Below, piece by piece: positions 1-10,886 of a stretch of 64,000 bases of DNA. A program made the translations under genes and the position numbers. Origin of the DNA: an uncultured Acidobacteriota bacterium (lineage in GTDB: Bacteria; Acidobacteriota; Thermoanaerobaculia; Multivoradales; UBA5704). The first letter of the stretch is position 1. The number at the start of each line of letters is the position of its first letter. The notes under the pieces were generated by a model. That model searched no databases, was not told the origin of the DNA, and worked only from the letters and a program-made list of their open reading frames with translations. The DNA lies in assembly GCA_963770895.1 (NCBI GenBank), contig CAVYRF010000002.1, forward strand, positions 832,001 through 896,000. Reading direction: 5' to 3'.

Positions 1-832
1 GGCGGCCGGCCAGGCCGGCCACGACCGGCAGCGGCACGAACGCTTCGTCGTCTTCCTCGCCGCCGCTGGTGACCACCCCCACCACGCGCAGCCGCTGCGC
101 ACGGGCTCCTAGCGACGCCAGCAGCTCGCCGGTAATGGGAGCGATGGGAGCGGTGGGAGCGGTGGGAGCGGTGGAGCTGAAACCCAGACGCTGCGCCAGC
201 CGGCGGCCCAGCACGACCTCCGGCTCGGCGTCGGCGGTGGCGTCGGTTGCGGCGGTGGCGACGGGCGCAGGCGTGGCGCTGGTGGCGGCTGCCGATGCCG
301 GGAGGTCGCGCGGCCAGCGCCCGGCAATGCGCAGCGTCGGCCGCGTCGCCGGCAGGCCGGTCGTCCAGCCATCTTCCAGCGGATGCCGGAACCAGGTCCC
401 CACCACCTCGGCCACCGCCCCGGACGGCGAGGCGGCCTCCGGCGCGGCCATCGGCGCGACCGTGACCGCGGCCGCCGCTGCCGAGGGCGCCGGCGGCCCT
501 GCCGCGACCCGCGCCGCGGCGGGCGCCGCGCCAACCACCGCCAGGCGCAGGCGCAGCGGATAGAACGGCGCCAGGGCGATGACGTTGTTGCGCCAGAAGA
601 TGTGCCGCACCTGGGCGAGCCGCGCCACGTCGAGCAGCGGGCCGCCCGGCGCCGGCACCAGCTCCAGGTTGGCACCGTAGGAAGCCAGCTCGGCCGCCAG
701 GCGGTCGCCGGATGCCAGCGTCACCTCGCCCAGCGCGGTGGCGCCCAGGGTGCCGAGCGCCACGGCGCTCACCGCCAGCAGCTTCCGCCGGGTGCCGCGG
801 CGCAGCGATTCAAGCAGCAGGCGCGTGTACAT
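1..832 (-). CDS. ABC transporter permease, FtsX/MacB-like (5' part; runs off the window)
   Basis: Manual translation from ATG at 832: MYTRLLLESLRRGTRRKLLAVSAVALGTLGATALGEVTLASGDRLAAELASYGANLELVP, a typical N-terminus for permeases that follow FTR1/DUF2318 genes. Not in the ORF track because the stop lies outside the window. Confidence 0.75.
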   Translation of the reverse strand, partial: MYTRLLLESLRRGTRRKLLAVSAVALGTLGATALGEVTLASGDRLAAELASYGANLELVPAPGGPLLDVARLAQVRHIFWRNNVIALAPFYPLRLRLAVVGAAPAAARVAAGPPAPSAAAAAVTVAPMAAPEAASPSGAVAEVVGTWFRHPLEDGWTTGLPATRPTLRIAGRWPRDLPASAAATSATPAPVATAATDATADAEPEVVLGRRLAQRLGFSSTAPTAPTAPIAPITGELLASLGARAQRLRVVGVVTSGGEEDDEAFVPLPVVAGLAGR

Positions 833-856
833 GGGTGTCGGGCGGTGCGCCCTCGC

Positions 857-2242
857 TCACATGCCGGGGTGCCGCATGGCGGCGGCGGCGCTGAAGATCG
901 GCAGGCCCGCCGCCAGGTCGCGCGCCGCAAAGACCAGCTGGTCGCCTTGGCGGCGCGCCCGCAACGGCACCGGATTGCAGCCGCCGTGCTGGCCGATGCT
1001 GGGCGGATAGATGGTCGAGCCGCAGTGCAGGCAGGCGATGTTGGGACCGTCCTGGTAGTAGCCCTTGGGACCGCAGATCTCGCACGCGTCAAAGGCGGTG
1101 GCGATCGCCGTGTCCGGCTTCGCCGGATCGTCCAGCGGCACGGCGATGAAACGCACCGTAACGCCTGCCGGGACGGTCGGCAAGGTCACGGCATAGCGGC
1201 GCAGCGCGGTGCCGTGGAAGTCGGCCAGCGGCACCCGCACCAGGCCGTCGGCGCCGACCGGGAGCGATCGCGCCGGCGACAGCGCGGCCGGCGGCCGCGA
1301 ATAGACGAAGCCCAGACCCAGGGCGGCCAGGATGGCAACGCCCAGAGTGCCGGCCAGGACGCGGGCGCGCGCCTGGCGCTGGGCGCTGGCGCGCTCCAGG
1401 CGGGCGGCGGCACCGCTGGCTGGGCGCTCCTCGCCGCCACCGGACGGCGCCGGCGCCCCCGCCGGCACGGGCGGCCCCAAGGCGGCGCCGGACCCGGCAG
1501 CGCCCGGCGAGCGCCGGCCCGGAATCAGCAGCATCAGCAGCGGCAGCACCAGCACGGCGGCGATGAAGAAGAACTCGTTCTTGGCCAGCGGGCCGATCGC
1601 CGCCATGGTGGTCTGGTTGGCGGGCAGCCAGCCCGCCTCGGCCAGCTCGTGGTAGCCGTCCACCAGCAGCTGCACGATGAAGATCCCCAGGGCGATGCCG
1701 GTGATCTTGAAAAACCGCCCCAGGTCGACCCGCACGCTGCCGCGCACGAACAGCACGCCGAAGACAAAGGCCGCCCCAAGACCGATCAGCACCCCCAGCA
1801 GGGTCTGCAGGCCGCCGCTGGTCAGCGACAGGGCGGACAGGAAGAGCACGGTTTCCATGCCCTCGCGGAAGACCATCAGAAACGTGAACAGGAAGATGCC
1901 CATGGCGACGGACGTGCCCCGCTCGCGGGTCAGGATGCGCGCCAGGGCGCCCTTCATCTGGCCCGACAGCCCTTTGCTGTGGCGCCACATCCACACCAGC
2001 ATGGAGCCCACCACCACCGCGGCGATCAGGTAGAGGAAGCCTTCCAGCACGTCCTCGTCCAGCGTCAGGCGGCGCAGCGCGACGCCGCCGGCAAGGCTGG
2101 CGGCGATCGCCACCACGATGCCCGCCCACACCGCCCCCAGGTAGCGTCCGGCCGCCTCCCGGCGCAGGAAGGCGGCGATGATGCCCACCACCAGGGCCAC
2201 CTCGACCCCTTCGCGCAACGTCACGATCAGCGCTTCAACCAT
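857..2242 (-). CDS. FTR1-family iron permease fused to a C-terminal DUF2318-like Fe-S domain
   Basis: Two RExxE motifs (LREGVE, FREGME) and multiple TM helices; C-terminal DACEIC...CLHC...GGCNPVP. Confidence 0.88.
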   Translation of the reverse strand: MVEALIVTLREGVEVALVVGIIAAFLRREAAGRYLGAVWAGIVVAIAASLAGGVALRRLTLDEDVLEGFLYLIAAVVVGSMLVWMWRHSKGLSGQMKGALARILTRERGTSVAMGIFLFTFLMVFREGMETVLFLSALSLTSGGLQTLLGVLIGLGAAFVFGVLFVRGSVRVDLGRFFKITGIALGIFIVQLLVDGYHELAEAGWLPANQTTMAAIGPLAKNEFFFIAAVLVLPLLMLLIPGRRSPGAAGSGAALGPPVPAGAPAPSGGGEERPASGAAARLERASAQRQARARVLAGTLGVAILAALGLGFVYSRPPAALSPARSLPVGADGLVRVPLADFHGTALRRYAVTLPTVPAGVTVRFIAVPLDDPAKPDTAIATAFDACEICGPKGYYQDGPNIACLHCGSTIYPPSIGQHGGCNPVPLRARRQGDQLVFAARDLAAGLPIFSAAAAMRHPGM

Positions 2243-2726
2243 GGACCCCTCGCGCCGCACGCGCTTCGGCCGCCGGTCCCGCCGGTGTCTCGCGCGCCGC
2301 GCAGCTCTTGCAGAAGCCGTTGATCTGCAAGCTGTGGGCGGTGGGCAGGAAGCCGTGGGCGCGGCAGATCTCCGCCTGCAAGGCGGCGATGCCGGGGCTC
2401 ACGAACTCCACCACCCTGCCGCAGGCGGTGCACACCAGGTGATCGTGTCGCTGGCCGCCATGGACGTGCTCGTACAGGAAGCGCCGCCGGCCCAGCCGCT
2501 GCCGCCGCACCAGGCCACTCTCCACCAGCAGCTCCAGGTTGCGGTACACCGTGGCGCGCGAGATCTTCAAGCCGCGCTGCCGCACCGCCGCCAGCAGCTG
2601 CTCGGCATCGATATGCCCATGCTGGCGGAACACTTCGTCCAGCAGCGTCAGCCGCTCGGCGGTGACCCGCTGGCGCCGCTCCCGCAGGAAGCTGAGAAAC
2701 CGGTCTTTTTCACGCTGATCTTGCAT
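2235..2726 (-). CDS. fur: Fur-family transcriptional regulator
   Basis: RVTAER, HIDAE, SRATVYRNL, HDHLVCTACG and CKSC motifs. Confidence 0.92.
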   Translation of the reverse strand: MQDQREKDRFLSFLRERRQRVTAERLTLLDEVFRQHGHIDAEQLLAAVRQRGLKISRATVYRNLELLVESGLVRRQRLGRRRFLYEHVHGGQRHDHLVCTACGRVVEFVSPGIAALQAEICRAHGFLPTAHSLQINGFCKSCAARETPAGPAAEARAARGVHG

Positions 2727-2763
2727 GGCACCGCCACGAACCCCAGCTCACCCACTCCCTAAT

Positions 2764-2778
2764 TGAGATTCTATCTCA
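2764..2778. promoter_or_regulatory. Fur-box-like 7-1-7 palindrome
   Basis: TGAGATT-C-TATCTCA directly upstream of fur and the iron uptake operon. Confidence 0.7.
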
Positions 2779-2962
2779 GTAGGGATCCAGATTGTGGACG
2801 GAACCAGTCCAGTTTGTCAACCTGCGGGGACCGCGAGCCGCTCCCGCGCGGGGCCGGGCGGCGCCGACCTGCAGCTGGCGGTGCATCTCACGGCCGGGCG
2901 GTCCGGGAATGCGGCTGCGCAGCGCCGGCCGGGCGCCGGCGCGCGCGACCAGGGGGGAGGGG

Positions 2963-4303
<1,341 letters not shown>

Positions 4304-4489
4304 GCCGTGTTCTCCTTTGTTTCAGCTGGGCGGGCACCTGCGTCCTGCAGCTGGCGGGCACCTGCGGCGCTCCGTGCAGCCGAGCCCCAGGCCGGATTCT
4401 AGCGTCTGGCCGAGAGCAGGCGCAACCAAGGAGCTCGCGGGGCCGGTCCCGCGGCGTCGCGGCGCGGCGGGCCGCCGCGGCGCCTGGGC

Positions 4490-4870
4490 TCAGGGCTCGT
4501 AGGCGGCGCAGGCGGTGTCGTTTTCCCACACCTCGACCCGCACCACGGCCAGGCCTCGCCCGTCGCCGTCGGCGGGCAGGCGCCCCGCGACCTCGTCGAA
4601 GACGTAGGCGGCGAGCAGCTCGGCGGTGGTGTTGCGCTGATCGAACGGCGGCACCTCGTTGAGGACGCGGTGATCGAACGGCCCCAGGATCTCGCGCACG
4701 ATCGCCTTCAGGTCGGAAAAGTCGAGCACCATGCCGAGCTGGTCCAGGCGCTCGGCCCGCAGGTGCACGCGCACCCGGTAGTTGTGGCCGTGCAGGTTCT
4801 GGCAGCCGCGGGTGTGGCCGCGGATGGCGTGCGCCGCCGAAAACGAGAAATCCTTGAAGATGGAGTGCAT
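4490..4870 (-). CDS. queD: 6-carboxy-5,6,7,8-tetrahydropterin synthase
   Basis: FSAAH, CQNLHGHNY, DHRVLN, TTAE; ATG at 4870 within the longer ORF 4490..5956. Confidence 0.93.
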   Translation of the reverse strand: MHSIFKDFSFSAAHAIRGHTRGCQNLHGHNYRVRVHLRAERLDQLGMVLDFSDLKAIVREILGPFDHRVLNEVPPFDQRNTTAELLAAYVFDEVAGRLPADGDGRGLAVVRVEVWENDTACAAYEP

Positions 4871-4884
4871 GGCGTCCCGGCCTT

Positions 4885-5907
4885 TCACGACGCGCGAAGA
4901 TACTCGACGGTTGGCGGCAGCCCCTGCTCGAGGCCGCGCGGGCTCCAGCCCAGCTCGCGGCGGGCGCGGCCGTCGTCGAATGCCCAGTGGCGGGTGAGGC
5001 TGCCCAGCTGCTCGGCGGAAAACGGCGGCCGGCGCCGCCGGCGGCCCGACGCCGCCGACACCCCCGCCGGCGCCGCGCCGGCGCCGCGCCGGTAGAACGG
5101 CAGCATCGCCGCCAGCAGCAGGCGCGCCACGCCGAGCGGCGCGTCCCAGCGCGGCGGCCGCACGCCGCCCAGGGCGCACACCCGCGCCACCGCCGCGCGC
5201 AGGGTCGCCACTTCCCCGGCCAGCACGAAGTCGCGGCCGGGCGGCGCCTGCTCCATCACCCTCTGGATCGCGTCCACGGCATCGTCCAAGTAGATCCAGC
5301 TCAGCTTGCGCCGCCCCCCCGCCATCACCACGTAGCCGCCGCCGAGCACGCGCGCGACGAGCGCATTGGCACCGCCGCGCCGCCCCGGCGGACCGTAGAC
5401 CAGGCCGGGATAGACGGTGTTGACCTTGAGCAGCCCCCGCCGGGCGTACCCTTCGATCACCTGCTGGCCGGCGTGCTTGGTGGCGCTGTAGCGGGTCGGA
5501 AACGGCGGCCGCGGCGCCGCGCCTTCGTCCGCCAGGGAGCCGTCCTCGGGGCTGCCGCCAAACCGGGCGACCGACGACACCGAGAGGAAGCGTCCGACGC
5601 CCAGCTTGTAGGCCAGCGACGCCACGTTTTCGCACCCCTGCACGTTGGCCGCCTGCATGCGCGCCGGCGGCGCGTCGGGGTCCACCTCGGCGCCGGCGTG
5701 GATCACCCAATCGCTGCCCGACATCCCCTCGCGCATCGAGGCGCGGTCCGCCAGGTCGCCGGTGAACGTCGCGATGCCCAGGCTGGCCAGCGCCTCCAGC
5801 TGGCTGGTCGGCCGCACCAGCGCGCGCACCTCGTGCCCCGCCGCCGCCAGGCGGCCGGCGAGACGGCTGCCGATGTAGCCGGTGGCGCCGGTCAGGAACA
5901 CGCGCAT
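4885..5907 (-). CDS. NAD-dependent epimerase/dehydratase (extended SDR)
   Basis: MRVFLTGATGYIG Rossmann motif; YxxxK (YSATK). Confidence 0.9.
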   Translation of the reverse strand: MRVFLTGATGYIGSRLAGRLAAAGHEVRALVRPTSQLEALASLGIATFTGDLADRASMREGMSGSDWVIHAGAEVDPDAPPARMQAANVQGCENVASLAYKLGVGRFLSVSSVARFGGSPEDGSLADEGAAPRPPFPTRYSATKHAGQQVIEGYARRGLLKVNTVYPGLVYGPPGRRGGANALVARVLGGGYVVMAGGRRKLSWIYLDDAVDAIQRVMEQAPPGRDFVLAGEVATLRAAVARVCALGGVRPPRWDAPLGVARLLLAAMLPFYRRGAGAAPAGVSAASGRRRRRPPFSAEQLGSLTRHWAFDDGRARRELGWSPRGLEQGLPPTVEYLRAS

Positions 5908-6064
5908 GGCGCGCGATTGTACTCCCGTGTGACAGCGATCCAGGATTTTGAACCAAAGGGAATCGTCAGGATACCTACCGTGTTGCAGGATAGGACGGGT
6001 GTTTGGGAGTAGAGCCCGTTCGCGGAGGCGTTCCTCCGACAATCTCCATAACTCCCTCTCCTCC

Positions 6065-6100
6065 CCCCGCATCGTCTCCCTCCACGGTGCGGGGCTTTTT
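6065..6100 (+). terminator. Rho-independent terminator with a CUCCCUCC loop (3' end of a candidate sRNA)
   Basis: Stem CCCCGCATCGT/ACGGTGCGGGG, loop CTCCCTCC, followed by CTTTTT. Confidence 0.7.
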
Positions 6101-6146
6101 ATTGCCCGCGGGAGCATAATGGGCGGGTCCTCTGGCTTCGATTCCA

Positions 6147-7622
6147 ATGTCCGACCGCATCACCCTACCCCTGTGGCTGGTCCTGGTGCTGCTGCTGCTC
6201 GCCAGCTGGGCAACCCTCGACCGGCTGCTGGTGCCCAGCGTGCGGTGGTACCTGCGGCGGCGGGTCAACCGCGTCATCGACGAGCTCAACGCACGGCTCA
6301 AGATCGGCATTCAGCCGTTCCAGCGCACCCGCCGCCAGGTGCTCATCGACCGCCTGCTGTACGACCCGTCGGTGCTGCAGGCGGTCGACCTGTCCGCCCG
6401 CGAAAGCCACGTGCCGCGCGAGGTGCTGCTGGCGGACGTGGAGCGCTACGCGCGCGAGATCGTGCCGGCGTTCAACGCCTACTTCTACTTCCGCCTGGGC
6501 TACTGGCTGTCGCGATGGTTCGCCCGCCTGCTGTTTCGCGTGCGCCTGGCCGCCGTCGACGAAGCCGGCCTGGCGGCGGTGCCCGCCGACTCGACGGTGG
6601 TCTTCCTGATGAACCACCGCAGCAACATGGACTACATCCTGGTCACCTACCTGGCCGCCGACCGCACGGCGCTGTCCTACGCGGTGGGCGAATGGGCGCG
6701 CATCTGGCCGCTGCAAACCCTCATCCGCGCGACCGGCGCCTATTTCGTCCGCCGCAACTCGCGCGACCCTCTGTATCGCCGCGTCCTTTCGCGCTACATC
6801 CAGATGGCGACGGCGGCCGGCGTCACCCAGGCCGTCTACCCCGAGGGGGGGCTGTCGCGCGACGGCCATCTGCGCCCGCCCAAGCTCGGCCTGCTCGATT
6901 ACATGCTGCGCAGCTTCGATCCCCAGGGCGAGCGCGACCTGGTGTTCATCCCCGTCGGTCTCAACTACGACCGCACGCTCGAAGACCGGACGCTGCTGCT
7001 CGACGTCGAACCGCGCCCGGACGCCAGGCCGCGGCGGGCGGCCGGCACCACCGCGCGCTTCGTGCTGCGCCAGCTGGCGCTTGCGGCGCGCAGCCGCTGG
7101 CACCGCTTCGGCTACGCCTGCGTCGTCTTCGGCAGGCCGATCTCGATGCGGGCGTACCTGGGGGCGCACGGGCTCGATTTTCGCGCGCTGCCGGCGGCTG
7201 AGCACTCGGCGCACCTGGAAGCGCTGGGCACTGAGCTGATGGCGGCGGTCGGCGCCGTCATACCGGTCGTGCCGGTGGCGCTGATGGCGGCGGTCTTCGT
7301 CGAACGGGCAGAACGGGGTCTGCCGCCGCTTTCGCCGCTGGAATTGAAGGCCGCGGCCTACCGGCGGATGGCCGACCTGGCGCTGGCCGGCGCCACGGTC
7401 TACGTGCCGCGGCGCGATCAGGACTACGCCATCGAAGCCGGTCTGCGCATGCTGACCCTGCGCCACCTGGTCGAGGAGCGCCAGGGGCTGTTCGCCGCCA
7501 ATCCCGCGGAGCTGACCCTGCTGCGCTACTACGCCAACTCGATCGATCACTTCCGCGCCGCGCCCGCCGCCGCCGCCGCCGCAACGCAACTCGCCGCCGC
7601 CGGCGCCGTATCCAGCGGTTGA
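6147..7622 (+). CDS. Glycerol-3-phosphate/lysophospholipid acyltransferase (PlsB/PlsC-like)
   Basis: NHRSNMD (HX4D), YFVRR and YPEGGLSRDG motifs; N-terminal TM helix. Confidence 0.88.
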   Translation: MSDRITLPLWLVLVLLLLASWATLDRLLVPSVRWYLRRRVNRVIDELNARLKIGIQPFQRTRRQVLIDRLLYDPSVLQAVDLSARESHVPREVLLADVERYAREIVPAFNAYFYFRLGYWLSRWFARLLFRVRLAAVDEAGLAAVPADSTVVFLMNHRSNMDYILVTYLAADRTALSYAVGEWARIWPLQTLIRATGAYFVRRNSRDPLYRRVLSRYIQMATAAGVTQAVYPEGGLSRDGHLRPPKLGLLDYMLRSFDPQGERDLVFIPVGLNYDRTLEDRTLLLDVEPRPDARPRRAAGTTARFVLRQLALAARSRWHRFGYACVVFGRPISMRAYLGAHGLDFRALPAAEHSAHLEALGTELMAAVGAVIPVVPVALMAAVFVERAERGLPPLSPLELKAAAYRRMADLALAGATVYVPRRDQDYAIEAGLRMLTLRHLVEERQGLFAANPAELTLLRYYANSIDHFRAAPAAAAAATQLAAAGAVSSG

Positions 7623-7635
7623 CCCCCCTCGCGCC

Positions 7636-8979
7636 ATGCGGACCCAACGACGCAGCACCGGCCATCGCAGCACCAGCGCCTGGCGCATCCAGCCGCCGGG
7701 GTCGGAGCCGGACACCACCGCCCCGCCAACCAAAAAGCCCAAGAAACAACGGCGCCAGCGGGACCGCAAGGGGCCCGGCCTGGCCGAGCGGCTGCTGGAC
7801 TTCCTGCGCGAATACACCGCGGGCGTCAACACCGGCGAGGTCAAGCGCCTGTTCCGGCGTGACGCCACCAGCGCCTACTCGGTGCTGACCCGCGAGCATG
7901 CCGAGCTGCCGCAGCCGAAGCCCGGTCTCAAGCGCCTGCTGTTCCGCGTCAAGCTCGCCTTCCTGGGTCTGTCCTACAAGCTGACCCCGGCACGGCGGAT
8001 GCTCTTTGCCGCCTCCCTGATCTGCCTGGTCGTGGCGCTCATGTCGGGCAGCTGCCGCGTCGACATGGAGTCGCACCATCGCATCACCCACCTCTCGATC
8101 GACTTCTCGCCGATCCTGTTCGTGGCCTGCGCCGGCGGCCTGGTCTTCCTGCTGGCGCTGGAGCTGGTCGACCGCATCCGCGTGCGCGACGAGCTGGAAG
8201 TGGCGCGCGAGCTGCAGGCCGAGCTGCTGCCGCACGGCACCATCGACCTGCCGGGCTACCGGATCGCCCACTCCTACCGCACCGCCAACGAGGTGGGAGG
8301 CGACTACTACGAGGTGATCCAGCTGCCGGACGGCAGGGTGGCCCTGATGGTCGGCGACGCCACCGGGCACGGCATGGCCGCCGGCCTGGTGATGGCGATC
8401 GCCAACGCCACGCTCAAGACCGCTCTGGACCTGGACCCCGATCCCCGCCGCGTGCTGGCGCTGCTCAATCGCACTCTCTGCCGCACCGGCACCCGCCGCA
8501 CCTTCATGACCGTCTTCTACGCCCTGCTCACCCCCGCCACCGGCGAGCTGGTCGCGATCAGCGCCGGCCACCCCTACCCGGTGCTGCGCCGGGCAGCCGG
8601 CGGCATCGAAGAGCTGGGGCGCGGCGGCCTGCCGCTCGGGGTCCGGGACCACCTGGCGCCCGAGCCGCAGACGACGACGCTCGCGCCTGGCGACATGCTG
8701 CTGCTCTACACCGACGGTCTGGCCGAGGCGATCAACGCCAACTCCGAGGCTTTCGGCTACGACCGCATCGCCTCGCTCACGCGCCTGGGCGGCGCGCCGC
8801 AAGAGGTGCACGACCGCGTGCTGGCAAACTTCGACTTCCACATCGGCGGCGAGCCGCTGCGCGACGACCTCACCCTGCTGGTCGTCGCGCGCGACAGGGC
8901 GGCCCCGACCGCCGCCGTCGGCGCTGCCACCGCCGCCGCTGCCGGGACCGCGGCTCCCCTGCCCGTCGGTCCGGCATGA
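7636..8979 (+). CDS. Membrane-anchored PP2C phosphatase (SpoIIE/RsbU family)
   Basis: GGDYY, GDATGHG, SAGHP, YTDGLAE and DDLT motifs; two TM helices. Confidence 0.9.
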   Translation: MRTQRRSTGHRSTSAWRIQPPGSEPDTTAPPTKKPKKQRRQRDRKGPGLAERLLDFLREYTAGVNTGEVKRLFRRDATSAYSVLTREHAELPQPKPGLKRLLFRVKLAFLGLSYKLTPARRMLFAASLICLVVALMSGSCRVDMESHHRITHLSIDFSPILFVACAGGLVFLLALELVDRIRVRDELEVARELQAELLPHGTIDLPGYRIAHSYRTANEVGGDYYEVIQLPDGRVALMVGDATGHGMAAGLVMAIANATLKTALDLDPDPRRVLALLNRTLCRTGTRRTFMTVFYALLTPATGELVAISAGHPYPVLRRAAGGIEELGRGGLPLGVRDHLAPEPQTTTLAPGDMLLLYTDGLAEAINANSEAFGYDRIASLTRLGGAPQEVHDRVLANFDFHIGGEPLRDDLTLLVVARDRAAPTAAVGAATAAAAGTAAPLPVGPA

Positions 8980-9800
8980 AGCGCGCGACCGGCGGCGATG
9001 TTCGCCGGAGCGACCGCGGCGAGCGGCCGCCGCGGTGGTTCGCCGTGCCGCTGACCGACGCCCTCAACGGCCTGGAGCTGTGCCTGGGCGGCGGCTGGCG
9101 CGGGCTGGCGCTGATCGCCGCCGGGATGCTCGCGGGGTGGTGGGTCTACGTGCCGGTGCACGAGCTGCTGCACGCGGCGGGCTGCTGGCTGGCCGGCGGC
9201 GCGGTGCGGCGGCTGGAGATCGGCACGCTCTACGGCGGCGCGGCGCTGGCCCGCGTGCTGCCCTTTGTCGTCGGCGGCAGCGACTACGCCGGGCGCCTCT
9301 CGGGCTTCGACACCAGGGGCAGCGACCTGGTGTACCTGGCGACCGACCTGTGCCCCTTCCTGCTCAGCGTGTTTCCCGGCGTCTGGTGGTTGCGCCGCGC
9401 CGCCCGCGGCCGCCACCCTGTGCTGTTCGGCGCTTCGCTGCCGGTGGCGCTGGCGCCGTTTCTGTCGCTGACCGGCGACGCCTACGAAATCGGCTCGATC
9501 CTGGTCACCCGGCTGCCGCCCTGGGCGGCGCCCGCGGTGCGCCAGCTGCTGCGCGGGGACGACCTGGGGCTGCGCTGGAGCGCCCTGAGCGCGGCGGCGG
9601 CCGCGTGCGGCGGCAGCGCCGGCGCCGTCAGCGCCGCGCTCGGACCTTGCGCCGCGGCGCTGTCGCGCCTGCGGGAGGGATGCGTGTTGGCCGCGCTGGC
9701 CGGGCTCGGCTGGGCGCTCCTCACCTACGGGTGCGGCGCCGCCGTGGCGCGCGCCGCCGGACAGCCTGCCTTGCGGCCGGCGCCGCCGCCTACTGGCTGA
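8976..9800 (+). CDS. Membrane protein with HExxH motif (putative M50-like metalloprotease)
   Basis: HELLH right after a TM segment, later GDAYE; start overlaps the upstream stop (ATGA). Confidence 0.6.
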   Translation: MKRATGGDVRRSDRGERPPRWFAVPLTDALNGLELCLGGGWRGLALIAAGMLAGWWVYVPVHELLHAAGCWLAGGAVRRLEIGTLYGGAALARVLPFVVGGSDYAGRLSGFDTRGSDLVYLATDLCPFLLSVFPGVWWLRRAARGRHPVLFGASLPVALAPFLSLTGDAYEIGSILVTRLPPWAAPAVRQLLRGDDLGLRWSALSAAAAACGGSAGAVSAALGPCAAALSRLREGCVLAALAGLGWALLTYGCGAAVARAAGQPALRPAPPPTG

Positions 9801-10821
9801 GCTTTTCCCAGTCGGCGTCGGGAGCGTCCAGCGAGATCGCCAGGCCGCCGTCCGAACCGGCGAAGACCGGGTCCTTGACCACCCGGACCTTGCCGCCGCC
9901 CACCGCCGCCAGCTCCTGCTCCAGGCGCGGGCCGAGGTTGCGGATCAGGCCGGTGCCGCCCGAAACGATGATGTTGTTGCGCACCTTTTCCTGGTATTCG
10001 GGCTGCACGCGCGACAGCAGGTCGAGCATGCTTTCCACGATCGGCGGCAGCAGCCCCTCGCAGGCCTGGCGCATCTCCTGGGTGATGTCGATCGGCGTCG
10101 GCTTGCCGTTGACCGGCACGGTGACCACCACCGGGTTGCGCGAGGCGCCGACGAAGCTGGCCTCCTCCTTCCACAGGCGCACCATGTGGATCGAAAACCG
10201 CGCCTCGGGAAAGCGCTCGCGCACCAGCCGCGACAGCTGCTCGTCGACCCAGTCGCCGGCCGCGGTCAGGGTGCGCTGGTCTTCTTCGGCCGGCAGGCGG
10301 CCGTTCATGACACAGAAGTCGGTGGTGCCCGCGCCCAGGTCGATGATCATGGTGTGCAGCAGCGCTTCCAGACCGTAGGCGACGGCAAAGGGCTCCGACA
10401 CGATCATCAGGCTGTCCACCGCCCCGGCGATCGCCTTGCGCACGTTCTGCTTGTTGACCCGCAAGGCCTCGGCGGGCACGCCGACCACCGCGCGCACCTT
10501 CATGCCTTCGCGCGTCTCGCGCGCCACGCCGACCAGCGACAGCAGGTGCCACAGCAGCTCGCGCACCGCCGCTTCGTCCTTTTCGGAGCCGTCCTTGATC
10601 AGACCCTGCTCCAGCGGCCGGTGCAGATCGAGCATCGAACGGTTGTCCAACGCCTCGCGGCCGACCAGCACCGGCTTTTTGAGCACCTTGCGCGCCACCA
10701 TGTCGAGCGGCCAGCCGACGTAGCTCTCGACCACGTGGCGCTGGCCGTTGGAGGCGGAGATCGAGCTGCGAGAGGTGCCCAGGTCGATGCCGACATGGAG
10801 GACAGGCCTGGTCTCGGTCAT
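9790..10821 (-). CDS. MamK-like actin ATPase
   Basis: GIDLGTS, VGVPA, SEPFAVAYG, IIDLGAGTTD, EEDQRTLTAAGDWVDE, QPEYQ, VKDPVFAG; closely parallels MamK as I recall it rather than MreB. ATG at 10821. Confidence 0.85.
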   Translation of the reverse strand: MTETRPVLHVGIDLGTSRSSISASNGQRHVVESYVGWPLDMVARKVLKKPVLVGREALDNRSMLDLHRPLEQGLIKDGSEKDEAAVRELLWHLLSLVGVARETREGMKVRAVVGVPAEALRVNKQNVRKAIAGAVDSLMIVSEPFAVAYGLEALLHTMIIDLGAGTTDFCVMNGRLPAEEDQRTLTAAGDWVDEQLSRLVRERFPEARFSIHMVRLWKEEASFVGASRNPVVVTVPVNGKPTPIDITQEMRQACEGLLPPIVESMLDLLSRVQPEYQEKVRNNIIVSGGTGLIRNLGPRLEQELAAVGGGKVRVVKDPVFAGSDGGLAISLDAPDADWEKLSQ

Positions 10822-10886
10822 GCGGTCAAATTCCTTTCCGTCCGGCTCGGTGCGCTGCGCGACTGGCCAAGCGGGACACCGGGTGG

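Noticed and set aside
135-177. 9-bp tandem repeat as a CRISPR or regulatory array
   Set aside because: It is an in-frame coding microsatellite with no spacers; no CRISPR array or cas genes were seen in the window.
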